Shown: positions 11,931 through 21,759, numbered from the stretch's first letter. The stretch is DNA of 64,000 nt from an uncultured Erysipelotrichia bacterium (GCA_964458855.1 CAYWJS010000001.1:6906-70905), one strand, 5' to 3'. Translations and numbers: made by a program. Notes: generated by a model not told the origin, from the sequence alone.

Positions 11931-12758
11931 CTATTTTTTACGACGCCTAACAATTAGCTTATTAGAAGCTTTTTTCTTACGAGTTTTAAGTCCAAGAGCT
12001 GGTTTACCCCAAGGTGTAGTTGGACTTTTTCGACCAACTGGTGCTTTACCTTCACCACCACCATGTGGGTGATCAACAGGATTCATTGCAGCACCGCGAA
12101 CTGTTGGACGAATTCCTAAATAACGTTTACGACCAGCTTTTCCTAAATTTATTAATTCATGTTCATGATTTCCAACTTCCCCAATTGTTGCATAACAAGT
12201 TCCTAATACTTTTCTTGTTTCACCACTTTGTAGTTTAATTAATACATAATTATCTTCACGTCCAATAATTTGTGCTTTTGCACCAGCAGAGCGTGCTAAT
12301 TGGCCACCTTTTCCTGGTTTAAGTTCAATGTTATGAACAAAAGTTCCAACAGGAATATTTTCAAGTGGTAAGGCATTACCTACTTTAATATCAACATTTT
12401 CTCCACTAATAACTTCCATTCCTACTTCCAAACCAGTTGGGGCAATAATGTAGCGTTTTTCTCCATCAAGGTAATTAATTAATGCAATATTTGCTGATCT
12501 GTTTGGATCGTATTCGATACTAGCTACACGACCAATAATATCTCTTTTATCACGTTTAAAATCAATAATCCGATATAATCTTTTATGACCACCACCACGA
12601 TGACGAACTGTTATTCTTCCTTGGTTATTACGACCACCTTTATTAACTAGAGGTTTAACAAGTGATTTCTCTGGTTTTTTATCAGAAACCTCAGGATTTT
12701 TTAAGGTAGTCATGCCTCGTCTACCGCTAGTAGTTGGTTTATAATTTTGTACTGGCAT
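11931..12758 (-). CDS. rplB: 50S ribosomal protein L2
   Basis: 275 aa, synteny. Confidence 0.95.
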   Translation of the reverse strand: MPVQNYKPTTSGRRGMTTLKNPEVSDKKPEKSLVKPLVNKGGRNNQGRITVRHRGGGHKRLYRIIDFKRDKRDIIGRVASIEYDPNRSANIALINYLDGEKRYIIAPTGLEVGMEVISGENVDIKVGNALPLENIPVGTFVHNIELKPGKGGQLARSAGAKAQIIGREDNYVLIKLQSGETRKVLGTCYATIGEVGNHEHELINLGKAGRKRYLGIRPTVRGAAMNPVDHPHGGGEGKAPVGRKSPTTPWGKPALGLKTRKKKASNKLIVRRRKK

Positions 12759-12774
12759 GGCCTATCCTCCTTTA

Positions 12775-13065
12775 TTAGTTATTTTCATTAAAAATTGAAA
12801 TACTTTGCCCTTCAGCTAAAGTAACAATTGCCTTTTTAATATTTTTGGTTTTTCCAACGAAACGTCCAACTCTTTTTCTTTTTGGTTTTACATTAATTAT
12901 GTTTACATCAAGGACTTTAACATTGAAAATACTTTCGATTGCTTGCTTTATTTGCACCTTATTAGCATCACGTCTTACCTCAAAAGTGTATTTATTATCT
13001 GCAAGATTATTACTTGCTTTTTCTGTAATGATTGGTGCTATAATGATGTCTCGTGCATTTTCCAT
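12775..13065 (-). CDS. rplW: 50S ribosomal protein L23
   Basis: 96 aa, synteny. Confidence 0.95.
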   Translation of the reverse strand: MENARDIIIAPIITEKASNNLADNKYTFEVRRDANKVQIKQAIESIFNVKVLDVNIINVKPKRKRVGRFVGKTKNIKKAIVTLAEGQSISIFNENN

Positions 13066-13691
13066 TATGTAAGCACCTCCTCAATTGCCTTTATATCATC
13101 TTTTGCTACCAACAAGAAATCATGATTAACTAAATCTAAAACATTAATTCCTTTTGTCTCAAGTATTTTTACACCTGGAATATTTCTTGCTGCTAAAATT
13201 GTATTTTCATTTTCTTCGTTAGTTAGCATTAAAATTTTCTTATCATTAATATTTAAATTATTTAACACTTTTTTCATTTCTTTTGTTTTTGGTGTCGAAA
13301 GATTTAAATCATCAACTACCACTAATCCTTTATTATTTACAATGGCACTTAAAGCACTGATTAGTGCAATGCGGCGTTGTTTGCGGTTAATATTGTAACC
13401 ATAATCACGAGGTTGTGGTCCAAAAACAACTCCACCACCACGCCAAATTGGTGATCTAATACTTCCGTGACGAGCACGACCAGTTCCTTTTTGACGCCAT
13501 GGTTTTTTTCCACCACCACTTACTTCACCGCGAGTTTTCGTTTTATGTGTGCCTTGTCTTAAAGATGCGCGTTGCATAACAATTGCATCATATAGGGTTT
13601 CTTTATTAACTTCTACACCCCAAATTTCTTCATTTAAATTTATTTCTTCAACTTTTTCTCCTTTTTGATTATAAACTGCAACTTTTGGCAT
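13065..13691 (-). CDS. rplD: 50S ribosomal protein L4
   Basis: 208 aa, synteny. Confidence 0.95.
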   Translation of the reverse strand: MPKVAVYNQKGEKVEEINLNEEIWGVEVNKETLYDAIVMQRASLRQGTHKTKTRGEVSGGGKKPWRQKGTGRARHGSIRSPIWRGGGVVFGPQPRDYGYNINRKQRRIALISALSAIVNNKGLVVVDDLNLSTPKTKEMKKVLNNLNINDKKILMLTNEENENTILAARNIPGVKILETKGINVLDLVNHDFLLVAKDDIKAIEEVLT

Positions 13692-13723
13692 CTTTGTTCC
13701 TCCTCTCGCAAATATTTATTTTT

Positions 13724-14569
13724 TTATTCTTCTGCTTCTTCTTTTGGTTTTTCTTCAATTGATTCTTCAGTTTTTACTTCTTCTGTTAATGTTGCTCGAT
13801 TTTCTTCTTTTTTCGGTTGTTTTTCTTCAACTGGTTCTTCATTTTGAGTTACTTCTTGAATTTCTTGTTCGTTAGTTTCAACAGCCTCTTCTTTTACTTC
13901 TTCTACTTTGTTAAATACCAATTCTTTTGGAGTATTTATTTTTCCTGGTTTTTTAATATCTTCTTTAATAAAAACTACTGATTTTTTTGGACCAGGTACA
14001 TTTCCTTTTACTAAAATGATATTGTTTTCTAAATCAATATCGATTATTTCAAGATTTTGAATAGTAACTGTTTCGCCACCCATTCTTCCTGGTAATTTTG
14101 TTCCCTTAAAAACACGAAGTGGTCCTAGGGCACCAAGTGAACCAGGTCTTCTGTGAAATCTTGAACCATGTGTTTCAGGCCCTCTTGAATATTTGTGGCG
14201 CTTAATTACACCTTGGAACCCCTTTCCTTTTGAAGTTCCAGTAACATCTACTAACTCTCCTTTTGAAAATATTTCAAGAGTAATCTCTTGTCCTTGTTCA
14301 TAAGCATTAACATCAACATCACGAATCTCTTTTAAGAAGCGCTTAGGTGTTGTGTTAGCACGTTTTGCATGTCCTAATTCAGGTTTGTTAGCTAATCTTT
14401 CAGGTTTATCTTCAAAACCGATTTGAATTGCATCATAACCATCTTTTTCTTTTGTTTTTATTTGCATTACCACATTAGGTGTTACCTTAATAACTGTTAC
14501 TGGTATAAGTACACCATCAGTGGTAAAAACCTGAGTCATTCCAATTTTTCGTCCTAAGATTCCTTTCAT
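13724..14569 (-). CDS. rplC: 50S ribosomal protein L3 with C-terminal Glu/Lys-rich extension
   Basis: 281 aa. First ~205 aa are L3-like; last ~75 aa are low-complexity acidic tail ([18 protein letters not shown]...[10 protein letters not shown]). Confidence 0.9.
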   Translation of the reverse strand: MKGILGRKIGMTQVFTTDGVLIPVTVIKVTPNVVMQIKTKEKDGYDAIQIGFEDKPERLANKPELGHAKRANTTPKRFLKEIRDVDVNAYEQGQEITLEIFSKGELVDVTGTSKGKGFQGVIKRHKYSRGPETHGSRFHRRPGSLGALGPLRVFKGTKLPGRMGGETVTIQNLEIIDIDLENNIILVKGNVPGPKKSVVFIKEDIKKPGKINTPKELVFNKVEEVKEEAVETNEQEIQEVTQNEEPVEEKQPKKEENRATLTEEVKTEESIEEKPKEEAEE

Positions 14570-14586
14570 TTTTTAATCCTCCTTAT

Positions 14587-14901
14587 TTACAACTTAATTT
14601 CAAAATCAACTGCACTTGGTAAGTCTAATTTTGTTAATGCCTCCATTGTTTCTTTTGTTGGAGAGTTAATATCAATTAGACGTTTATGAGTACGTTTTTC
14701 AAATTGTTCGCGGCTATCTTTATATTTATGAACCGCTCTAATTACAGTATAAACTTGTCTATCAGTTGGAAGAGGTATTGGTCCTCTTACCTCTGAACCC
14801 GTTCTTTTTACAGTTTCAATAATTTTTTGTGTTGCTTGATCTAATAATCTGTGATCATAAGATTTTAATTTAATACGTACTTTTTCTTTTGTCTTTGCCA
14901 T
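14587..14901 (-). CDS. rpsJ: 30S ribosomal protein S10
   Basis: 104 aa, first gene of S10 operon. Confidence 0.95.
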   Translation of the reverse strand: MAKTKEKVRIKLKSYDHRLLDQATQKIIETVKRTGSEVRGPIPLPTDRQVYTVIRAVHKYKDSREQFEKRTHKRLIDINSPTKETMEALTKLDLPSAVDFEIKL

Positions 14902-14904
14902 TTT

Positions 14905-15015
14905 TATCCTCCCTTCGCCTATCTTTTTATATAGACTCGCTCCGTTACGAATTCCCTGATGCCCGGAATGGCAACTTAACCGGGCGTATCAGCAACCTCG
15001 CACATCTACGCGTCC
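14905..15015 (-). promoter_or_regulatory. GC-rich structured 5' leader of the S10 operon (candidate cis-regulatory RNA)
   Basis: ~55% GC island in ~30% GC DNA. Nested stem CUGAU(AC)GCCCGG...CCGGGCAUCAG and direct repeat AACGGA(C/G)CG, between predicted promoter and rpsJ RBS. Confidence 0.45.
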
Positions 15016-15022
15016 GTTCAGT

Positions 15023-15051
15023 ATTTTAACAGACATATTATTAAAAATCAA
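15023..15051 (-). promoter_or_regulatory. sigma-A type promoter for S10 operon (TTGATT-17-TAAAAT, TG at -15/-14)
   Basis: Read on minus strand: -35 at +15046..15051, -10 at +15023..15028; sits just downstream of a terminator hairpin. Confidence 0.5.
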
Positions 15052-15065
15052 GCATTTTTTATAAC

Positions 15066-15100
15066 AAAAGGAATCTAATTTAATTAGATTCCTTTTATTA
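15066..15100. terminator. bidirectional rho-independent terminator (perfect inverted repeat aaaaggaatctaatt/aattagattcctttt)
   Basis: Perfect hairpin flanked by A-run and T-run on either strand; separates micro-ORF unit from S10 promoter. Confidence 0.7.
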
Positions 15101-15102
15101 TA

Positions 15103-15204
15103 CTACTTAAACACACTTAGTGCCCCTAGGTTATGCAAAAATATTGTAATAATTATCAACAATATTATAATTACCACCAATAGTCTTCTTTCATTATACT
15201 TCAT
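15103..15204 (-). CDS. hypothetical 33-aa hydrophobic peptide (MKYNERRLLVVIIILLIIITIFLHNLGALSVFK)
   Basis: Below the 60-aa track cutoff. Strong RBS AAGGGGGAA 5 nt before the ATG, single TM helix, bracketed by two terminators. Confidence 0.4.
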   Translation of the reverse strand: MKYNERRLLVVIIILLIIITIFLHNLGALSVFK

Positions 15205-15445
15205 TGTTTCCCCCTTAAAATACTCTTTACCCTCTAAATATATGTTAAGCAACATATATTTATTATGGTATTTTAATATTTTCTTGTGTTTATTTTTGTC
15301 GAATAAAATAATAATTATTTTAAAACAATAAAAGTAATAAAATCTAAATCATCACTACAGTATGGAATATAAACAAAGTTAAGAGTAAAATCAAGTACTT
15401 TGCCCCTTTTTATTTAGTTAAAATTTTCCATATGTTTAAAAATAA

Positions 15446-15470
15446 AAAAACCTGAATATTTCAGGCTTGT
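15446..15470 (-). terminator. terminator downstream of the tRNA-Leu/Ile/Gly cluster
   Basis: cctgaa-tat-ttcagg hairpin followed by U-run on minus strand. Confidence 0.55.
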
Positions 15471-15484
15471 TTATTTATTTTTAG

Positions 15485-15568
15485 TGGTGCGGGTGAAGGG
15501 ACTTGAACCCCCATGCCAAAGGCGCTAGATCCTAAGTCTAGTGCGTCTGCCAGTTCCGCCACACCCGC
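15485..15568 (-). tRNA. tRNA-Leu(TAG)
   Basis: 84-nt type-II tRNA, acceptor GCGGGUG/CACCCGC, anticodon loop cuUAGga, long variable arm, encoded CCA. Confidence 0.9.
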
Positions 15569-15575
15569 CTATCAA

Positions 15576-15652
<77 letters not shown>

Positions 15653-15659
15653 TTAAAAA

Positions 15660-15733
15660 TGGAGCGGCCGATGGGAATCGAACCCACACATTCAGCTTGG
15701 AAGGCTGAGGTTCTACCATTAAACTACGGCCGC
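15660..15733 (-). tRNA. tRNA-Gly(TCC)
   Basis: 74 nt, GCGGCCGUAGUUUAAUGGUAGAAC..., anticodon loop cuUCCaa, encoded CCA. Confidence 0.9.
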
Positions 15734-15736
15734 ATA

Positions 15737-15766
15737 CAAAAGCATCAATAAAGCTTGATGCTTTTA
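15737..15766 (-). terminator. terminator after murE
   Basis: aagcatcaa-taaagc-ttgatgctt hairpin followed by U-run on minus strand. Confidence 0.55.
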
Positions 15767-15841
15767 TAATATATCATTTTTATAAAATTATGTCAATATT
15801 TCTTTTATGATCATTCTATGTAATTTTTTAAAAAATATATT

Positions 15842-17269
15842 TTACTTTTTCCCCATTTTCTCTGTAATCCATCTTTTTGCTTCCTCAATATCATTAAATG
15901 CTATTTTTTCATCACCAATTTGTTGAGTATTTTCATTTCCCTTTCCTGTAATTAAAACAATATCATTCGGTTCTGCCATAAAAATTCCTTTTTTAATTGC
16001 CTCACTTCGATCAATAATGATTTCAAAATTATTTTTATCTTTAACCTCACTTATCATTTGATTAATAATATCTTCCGGACGTTCACTTTTTGGATCTTCA
16101 CTAGTAAATATTACCCAATCTGCTTTATTAGTTACCACCTCACCCATTATTGGCCGCTTTTCTTTATCACGTTCGCCAGCAGCGCCTAAAACAATGATAA
16201 TTCTGTTTTTGTTTTCAATTTTTTGGATAAAATCTAGTAAATTACTTAAAGCATTAGGAGTGTGCGCAAAATCAACAATTACAGTAAAATCTTGACCAAG
16301 TTCAATGCGTTCCATTCTTCCTTCTATTGTACCAATATTACTAATTAAAGGAATTATTTCATTTAAGTTGAACCCCAAAGCATAAATAGTAGAAATTGCT
16401 GCAAGTAAATTATAAACATTATAAATTCCAAGTAATTTGCTTGTTATTTTATAAGTTCCTTCCTTTGTTACTAACTTAAACTCAGTTTTGTTAGCAAATA
16501 ACTTAATATCTTGTGCCCAAAAATCACTTTTATTATTAATTCCATATGTCAAAACTTTTGCTTTTGTTACTTTCTTTAACTTATCAGTTACTTCTTCATC
16601 GCCATTTAAAATTGCATAACCTTTTGTATTTTCAAAAAGTTTTTTCTTAGCAGCAAAATAATTTTCCATTGTTTTGTGATAATCTAAATGTTCGTGAGAA
16701 AGATTGGTAAAAATAGATATTTCATATTCTAAATCAAAAACCCTTTTTTGATCAATTGCTTGTGAGCTTACTTCCATTACGCAATTATTAATATTATCTT
16801 GCACAAATTCATGAAAAATTTTATGAAGTTCAAGCGGTTCTGGTGTAGTATATCCATAATAGTCATGCTTATTTTTATAAAAAACACCATTTGTTCCAAT
16901 ATAACCAATATTTAAAATGTCTTTTAACATTTGATATATTATTGTTGCTGTCGTTGTTTTTCCGTCTGTACCAGTAATACCAATTAATTTTATTTTATCT
17001 TTTGGGTCGTTATAAAAACGACTTGCAATTTGGGCAAGAGCTTTTCTTGTATCAGAAACAACTATAACGGGAACAGAAACATCTAATGTGCGTTCACTTA
17101 TAATTGCAACTGCGCCGTTTTGAATTACCTCTTCTACTACATCATGATTGTCAAACTTTTGACCCTTGATACAAACAAACAAATCTCCTTTAGTAACCTT
17201 TCGCGAATCTGTTTTAATGCCCAAAATTTCAGTTTCATATTCACAGAAAATTAAATCCTTAAGAATCAT
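15842..17269 (-). CDS. murE: UDP-N-acetylmuramoyl-L-alanyl-D-glutamate--2,6-diaminopimelate (or L-lysine) ligase
   Basis: 475 aa, N-terminal DSRKV..GDLF..KG..DNHD, GITGTDGKTTT P-loop, Mur ligase three-domain layout. Confidence 0.85.
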   Translation of the reverse strand: MILKDLIFCEYETEILGIKTDSRKVTKGDLFVCIKGQKFDNHDVVEEVIQNGAVAIISERTLDVSVPVIVVSDTRKALAQIASRFYNDPKDKIKLIGITGTDGKTTTATIIYQMLKDILNIGYIGTNGVFYKNKHDYYGYTTPEPLELHKIFHEFVQDNINNCVMEVSSQAIDQKRVFDLEYEISIFTNLSHEHLDYHKTMENYFAAKKKLFENTKGYAILNGDEEVTDKLKKVTKAKVLTYGINNKSDFWAQDIKLFANKTEFKLVTKEGTYKITSKLLGIYNVYNLLAAISTIYALGFNLNEIIPLISNIGTIEGRMERIELGQDFTVIVDFAHTPNALSNLLDFIQKIENKNRIIIVLGAAGERDKEKRPIMGEVVTNKADWVIFTSEDPKSERPEDIINQMISEVKDKNNFEIIIDRSEAIKKGIFMAEPNDIVLITGKGNENTQQIGDEKIAFNDIEEAKRWITEKMGKK

Positions 17270-17284
17270 TTTTACACCACTTTC

Positions 17285-17899
17285 TTATAAGATTTTTCCA
17301 ATTAGACCTAGGAGAAGATAATGCACTGGATAATAAATATAAAATAATGGTTTTATTTTCTTCCCTTCTTTTCCATTATAAAAATAAATAAAAATTAAAC
17401 TTAAAAGTGAATAATATTGAATAGGATAAAAGAGTTTTAAAATATTTATAAAAATAAAGTTCAAGAATAGAAATGATAAACTTGTATAAAGAAAATTATT
17501 TCTTAATATGTAGAACAATAATATTAAAATAATACCATATAAAGGATAATCACAAATAATTGATAAATAAATTAAAAGCAATGTAATTATGTATTCTTTT
17601 TTTTCAAAAGATTTTAAAGCAAGAAGGGCAATTCCTAAAGTAAATAAAATATTAAGTGTTGTCTCTTTTAAAAATATAAAAAATAAAATTTGAGAGATTA
17701 CTCCTAAAACAAGTATTCTTGTTACATATTTAGGAAAACTTTTTGTGTGTTTATATCCTTCTACTATTAAGAATGCAAAAATAGGAAAAGCAATGCGCCC
17801 AATTATTCTAAAAATAGGGTTACCTGGAAAAATAAACATTCCAATATGATCTATTGTCATTGTAATTAGGGCAACGAGTTTCAATAAAAAACTAGTCAT
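17285..17899 (-). CDS. TraX-family membrane protein
   Basis: 204-aa polytopic protein; N-terminal LKLVALITMTIDHIG..F motif typical of TraX family. 15 nt upstream of murE, likely co-transcribed. Confidence 0.6.
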   Translation of the reverse strand: MTSFLLKLVALITMTIDHIGMFIFPGNPIFRIIGRIAFPIFAFLIVEGYKHTKSFPKYVTRILVLGVISQILFFIFLKETTLNILFTLGIALLALKSFEKKEYIITLLLIYLSIICDYPLYGIILILLFYILRNNFLYTSLSFLFLNFIFINILKLFYPIQYYSLLSLIFIYFYNGKEGKKIKPLFYIYYPVHYLLLGLIGKIL

Positions 17900-17957
17900 T
17901 ATTCACCTCAAAATATTTTCTATCTCTATTATAATAAAAAAAGGTTATTAGATAAAG

Positions 17958-17990
17958 AAAAAAGCGCGTTTATGCGCTTCGTTTTCATTT
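17958..17990. terminator. bidirectional terminator between tRNA-Glu and the TraX gene
   Basis: aagcgc-gtttat-gcgctt hairpin with flanking A/T runs. Confidence 0.6.
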
Positions 17991-18066
17991 TGGTGACCCG
18001 TGCGGGAATCGAACCCGCGAATGCTAGCGTGAAAGGCTAGTGTGTTAACCGCTTCACCAACGGGCC
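17991..18066 (-). tRNA. tRNA-Glu(TTC)
   Basis: 76 nt, GGCCCGUUGGUGAAGCGGUUAACAC..., anticodon loop cuUUCac, encoded CCA. Confidence 0.9.
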
Positions 18067-18069
18067 GCG

Positions 18070-18146
18070 TGGCGCCCCCACAAGGACTCGAACCTTGGAC
18101 CCCATGATTAACAGTCATGTGCTCTAACCGACTGAGCTATGGAGGC
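18070..18146 (-). tRNA. tRNA-Asn(GTT)
   Basis: 77 nt, GCCUCCAUAGCUCAGUCGGUUAGAGC..., anticodon loop cuGUUaa, encoded CCA. Confidence 0.9.
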
Positions 18147-18186
18147 CAAATACGCTCTTTTATGATATGATAAAACACAATTATTG

Positions 18187-19116
18187 TCAAGACTTATCTT
18201 TTATCTTTGGTAAATATTTTCTAATATCAAACAATGAATCCGCAAGACCTAGGGCAACTAAAGGATAACTTATATAATTATATAATGCAAAGGAAATTAT
18301 TAACAGTAGAACAAATAAAAGTGCTGAGTTTAATGGTTTAAAGTTTAAATTTAAATAATATATTATTACTCCTAAACCTTCTAAAGCAAAAATAATTTGC
18401 ACAATAAAGAATATATTCATTACAAAATGATTTATCACATTAGTTCCTGTTAATAGTGAAATAAATATTAAAATTATTATTAAAACTGATAATGCAACTG
18501 GAAGTTTAAAGTATGGTTCTAGCTTATTTTCTTTCTTTTTATGCTCTATTTTGGGGAAAAGCAACGCACAAATAAAATCTGCAATAAAGGCATTTAAAAA
18601 TGCAATAAAGACCATTGTAGCCATTAAATATTTTGTTGCAACCTCTGTTTGTAATATATCAATTTCTGTTAAATTTCCGTTAAAATAAGCAAAAATATTT
18701 CGGGCATAATTCATAAATTCTCTTAAATCATTTAAAACATTATGATCTGATGTTTTTGTTATTAAAAGTGCTGATATGATAATTTCAAAAGTATAAATTA
18801 TTGTTAAAATTAATAAGCGATCGCCAGTACTTGTATTTTTCTTATAAAGCATTGCATAAATAAGTCCTGCAAGGTTACTTATAACAACAATAAACAACGC
18901 ATATGTTGGAAGAAAAATAAAACTTAATAAAGCGGTTCCAAGAAAAAATAAAGTTCCTGATTCCAAATCATTCTGATATATGTAAGTTGCCAATGGAAGT
19001 GGTAGAAAATAAATTAAAAAAGTAAATACAAAATTAACATTAAAATAGCAACTTATCATAAATAGAATAAAGATTAAAAACATAATAACGCTTATTAATA
19101 AACTTTTATTTTTCAT
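18187..19116 (-). CDS. polytopic integral membrane protein, unknown function (possibly DUF2232/YybS-like)
   Basis: 309 aa with ~8 predicted hydrophobic helices; first gene downstream of the tRNAs in a 4-gene membrane/exported cluster. Confidence 0.5.
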   Translation of the reverse strand: MKNKSLLISVIMFLIFILFMISCYFNVNFVFTFLIYFLPLPLATYIYQNDLESGTLFFLGTALLSFIFLPTYALFIVVISNLAGLIYAMLYKKNTSTGDRLLILTIIYTFEIIISALLITKTSDHNVLNDLREFMNYARNIFAYFNGNLTEIDILQTEVATKYLMATMVFIAFLNAFIADFICALLFPKIEHKKKENKLEPYFKLPVALSVLIIILIFISLLTGTNVINHFVMNIFFIVQIIFALEGLGVIIYYLNLNFKPLNSALLFVLLLIISFALYNYISYPLVALGLADSLFDIRKYLPKIKDKS

Positions 19117-19134
19117 AAATACCGCCTCACAACT

Positions 19135-19725
19135 TTACAAATTTCTTATCTTTTCGATTAAGTCTTTGGCGTCAACAAATCCACTTGTATTTTTCCAGTG
19201 TTTAAATGTTTGATAAAACTCATAAAAAGAAATATCAAACATCAATAATATTATGGCATATTTTAAAACAATAATGGTAATAGTTGGAAAAATTAAAAGA
19301 CCAACACCAACTAATAACACAAAAAGTGTCATTAAAATTATTGAAAGCTCTGCTTTGGGGTCCATAAGAAAAGTAAGGGTTGCTTTCATAATTAACCACG
19401 AACCTAAAACAAGACTAAATATTCTTTCGTTTGTTATTGGAACAAAGATTAAATAAATACTTAAAATCGTTGTTAAACTTCCTTCAATAATATTTACTAA
19501 CCACCATTTACTATAGTCAGAGCGGCGGTGACGCAACCCAAAAAGAATTGACCAAATTCCTGCTATAAGCATTATAAGGCTTGCAGCATAAGAAATTGGA
19601 ACAATATTTGAAGAATACGTAACAATTGCAAAGTAAATAGCAAATATTAATATTAACATTGCTTTAATAAAACCATATATTGTTCGAACAGAATATGTTT
19701 TGGTAATTTTTTCAATAACCATCAT
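19135..19725 (-). CDS. small multi-pass membrane protein (HdeD/DUF308-like)
   Basis: 196 aa, ~6 short TM segments. Confidence 0.45.
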   Translation of the reverse strand: MMVIEKITKTYSVRTIYGFIKAMLILIFAIYFAIVTYSSNIVPISYAASLIMLIAGIWSILFGLRHRRSDYSKWWLVNIIEGSLTTILSIYLIFVPITNERIFSLVLGSWLIMKATLTFLMDPKAELSIILMTLFVLLVGVGLLIFPTITIIVLKYAIILLMFDISFYEFYQTFKHWKNTSGFVDAKDLIEKIRNL

Positions 19726-19743
19726 AACTTCTCCTATTTTTTT

Positions 19744-20340
19744 TTAATTAAGTGATTCTATATAATCAATAATTTTTTCATAGTCATCTAAGAATAAAAC
19801 AACTTTTCCATTTTTAATTTTTAAAAGAGTTGGGAAATTTGCAATTTGTAGTTCTTTTGCATTTTTGGGAGTTTTGTTAATTCGAGCAGTTATATCATTT
19901 TCACCATATTTTTCATAATGTGCCTCCCAATCATATAGAGCATATTCATTAAGTTTATTTTGCATATCAACAAGAAAATATTTTATGCTGTTTTCGCTTT
20001 CTTTATTATATTCATACAATAAATCTTCAACTTCCACACACTTGCTACATGGAGTTTTATCAAAAAGAACATAATATTCTGAATATTTTCTATTAAATAC
20101 TTGACCCGCTAAAATTTCATAGTATTGAATATTTACTGTTGGAGTTTTATCATCTGGTTTTTTTTCATCTTTTTTAGCTACAAAAAAGTTAGTTAATAAA
20201 TAAACAATAAAAATAAAAATTAAAACTCCAGTAAATACGTATACAAATTTCATAATTTCGCTTGGTGATTTATATTCTTCTAGTAATTTTTGTGCTTCAT
20301 CTTTTCGTTTTTTTATGTTTTTCTTAATTTGTTTTTTCAT
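19744..20340 (-). CDS. membrane-anchored thioredoxin-like protein (CxxC)
   Basis: 198 aa. Lys-rich cytoplasmic N-term, one TM, then extracytoplasmic domain with CSKC motif and thioredoxin-like C-terminal beta-strand region (FPTLLKIKNGKVV). Confidence 0.55.
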   Translation of the reverse strand: MKKQIKKNIKKRKDEAQKLLEEYKSPSEIMKFVYVFTGVLIFIFIVYLLTNFFVAKKDEKKPDDKTPTVNIQYYEILAGQVFNRKYSEYYVLFDKTPCSKCVEVEDLLYEYNKESENSIKYFLVDMQNKLNEYALYDWEAHYEKYGENDITARINKTPKNAKELQIANFPTLLKIKNGKVVLFLDDYEKIIDYIESLN

Positions 20341-20398
20341 AATTATACCTCCATTTACGCATAATAATTATAACATTTTTTTTAACTCTTCACAACAA

Positions 20399-20428
20399 AT
20401 AAAAACTTGGCTTATGCCAAGTTATTTA
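20399..20428. terminator. terminator between lipoprotein gene and thioredoxin-like gene
   Basis: aacttggc-ttat-gccaagtt hairpin with flanking A/T runs. Confidence 0.6.
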
Positions 20429-21438
20429 CCACCAGTACTTTGAACTACAGTTAAGGAGTTTGCAACTGCTAAAATTTCTTCTTCATCACCATCTGGAAAT
20501 ACTAGATAAAACTCCATTCCGTTATCTATCCAAGTCGCTGATGTTTTTGTTAAAGCACCTATTGTCTCTCCAATAAAGACCGGATCACCATATACTGAAA
20601 TAAGTTCCATTTTATCATAAATGTCTGTTGTTTCTTCAATAAGAGTAAAGTTTTTATCACCTGCAAATGTCATAATTACTCGTTCACCATCAGTTTTGGT
20701 AACCCTATCTTCTTTTGCCAAATGTGTATTACTTGGAAGATACATTGGATACATTTTATCTTCAATTTTCTTTGCTACTGTAATTTCCTCTTTTAGGTTA
20801 CTTCTTGCTACATTCATATTATTTTCAACTGCAAAATAATTTTTTTCAAATTTAGCATCCATATCATTAGTTCTAAAGATTACTTTTATTTTTGGGCGCT
20901 CTTCACTATCTAAAACATGAACTTCTTTTAGATTTAGTTTTTTATCAAAATAAATAAGTTCTCTTTTTAAATCAGGATTATTTGGATAATCACCTTTAAC
21001 TGAAAAAATATAGTAACCATTATCTTCTTTAAAAGTTCTTTCTTTATCAGATAAAATATCATTTACAAGAGATTGATATAAATATACTTGAGAATTGTTA
21101 TATGGCCATTCACTTTGAAATTTAAATGTTTTGTTTAAAGAAGGTGTTAAAACATATACTCCGTCATTATTTTTTAAAATAATTTGTTCATGATTAGTTC
21201 TTTGATTTCTTAAACTTACACGAAACATATTTTGTTTTTGGTAAGAGACATTTAAATCATACTTATAAGTATCCTCGCCATTATAAATTTCTAAAATACC
21301 AATCATATTATATCCTTTTAAATTTTTACTTTTTCTCTCTAAGTCTTTTATAATACCTTCCGCTGTTTTTTTACCACAACCTACTAACAAAAACATAAAA
21401 AACATTGATACTACTAAAAACCATTTATTTTTCATCAA
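20422..21438 (-). CDS. putative lipoprotein, unknown function
   Basis: 338 aa. Signal peptide with lipobox LLVGC|GK, hydrophilic Tyr/Asn/Lys-rich mature part. Confidence 0.55.
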   Translation of the reverse strand: MMKNKWFLVVSMFFMFLLVGCGKKTAEGIIKDLERKSKNLKGYNMIGILEIYNGEDTYKYDLNVSYQKQNMFRVSLRNQRTNHEQIILKNNDGVYVLTPSLNKTFKFQSEWPYNNSQVYLYQSLVNDILSDKERTFKEDNGYYIFSVKGDYPNNPDLKRELIYFDKKLNLKEVHVLDSEERPKIKVIFRTNDMDAKFEKNYFAVENNMNVARSNLKEEITVAKKIEDKMYPMYLPSNTHLAKEDRVTKTDGERVIMTFAGDKNFTLIEETTDIYDKMELISVYGDPVFIGETIGALTKTSATWIDNGMEFYLVFPDGDEEEILAVANSLTVVQSTGGK

Positions 21439-21552
21439 ATCACCTCACATATTTTTCATTACATTATATGGGATGATTTTTTTAAATATTCATGAATATT
21501 TAAGAGAAGTTTTGCTAAATATATATAATGAATTTAAAAAGGAGGCAGAAGA

Positions 21553-21759
21553 ATGAGTGTTTTACAAAAAAGTGCCCTAGTGTTAACCATTATTGGTGCA
21601 ATAAATTGGGGTCTTATTGGTCTTTTTGAATATGATCTTGTTGTTGCACTCTTTGGTGGTTTAGACTCTATGGTAACACGAACGATATATACTTTGATTG
21701 GGCTTGCAGGTCTCATCAATATCGGAATCTTCTTTGAACTGATGGATGACCATAAATAA
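21553..21759 (+). CDS. DUF378-family small membrane protein
   Basis: 68 aa, INWGLIGLF...D.V.ALFGG motif typical of DUF378; RBS AAAGGAGG 8 nt upstream. One of very few plus-strand genes. Antisense track ORF 21534..21719 is spurious. Confidence 0.75.
   Translation: MSVLQKSALVLTIIGAINWGLIGLFEYDLVVALFGGLDSMVTRTIYTLIGLAGLINIGIFFELMDDHK

Noticed and set aside
21534-21719. Minus-strand 61-aa ORF overlapping the DUF378 gene
   Set aside because: It is antisense to a gene with a strong RBS and a family-typical sequence, and has no RBS or recognisable motif.
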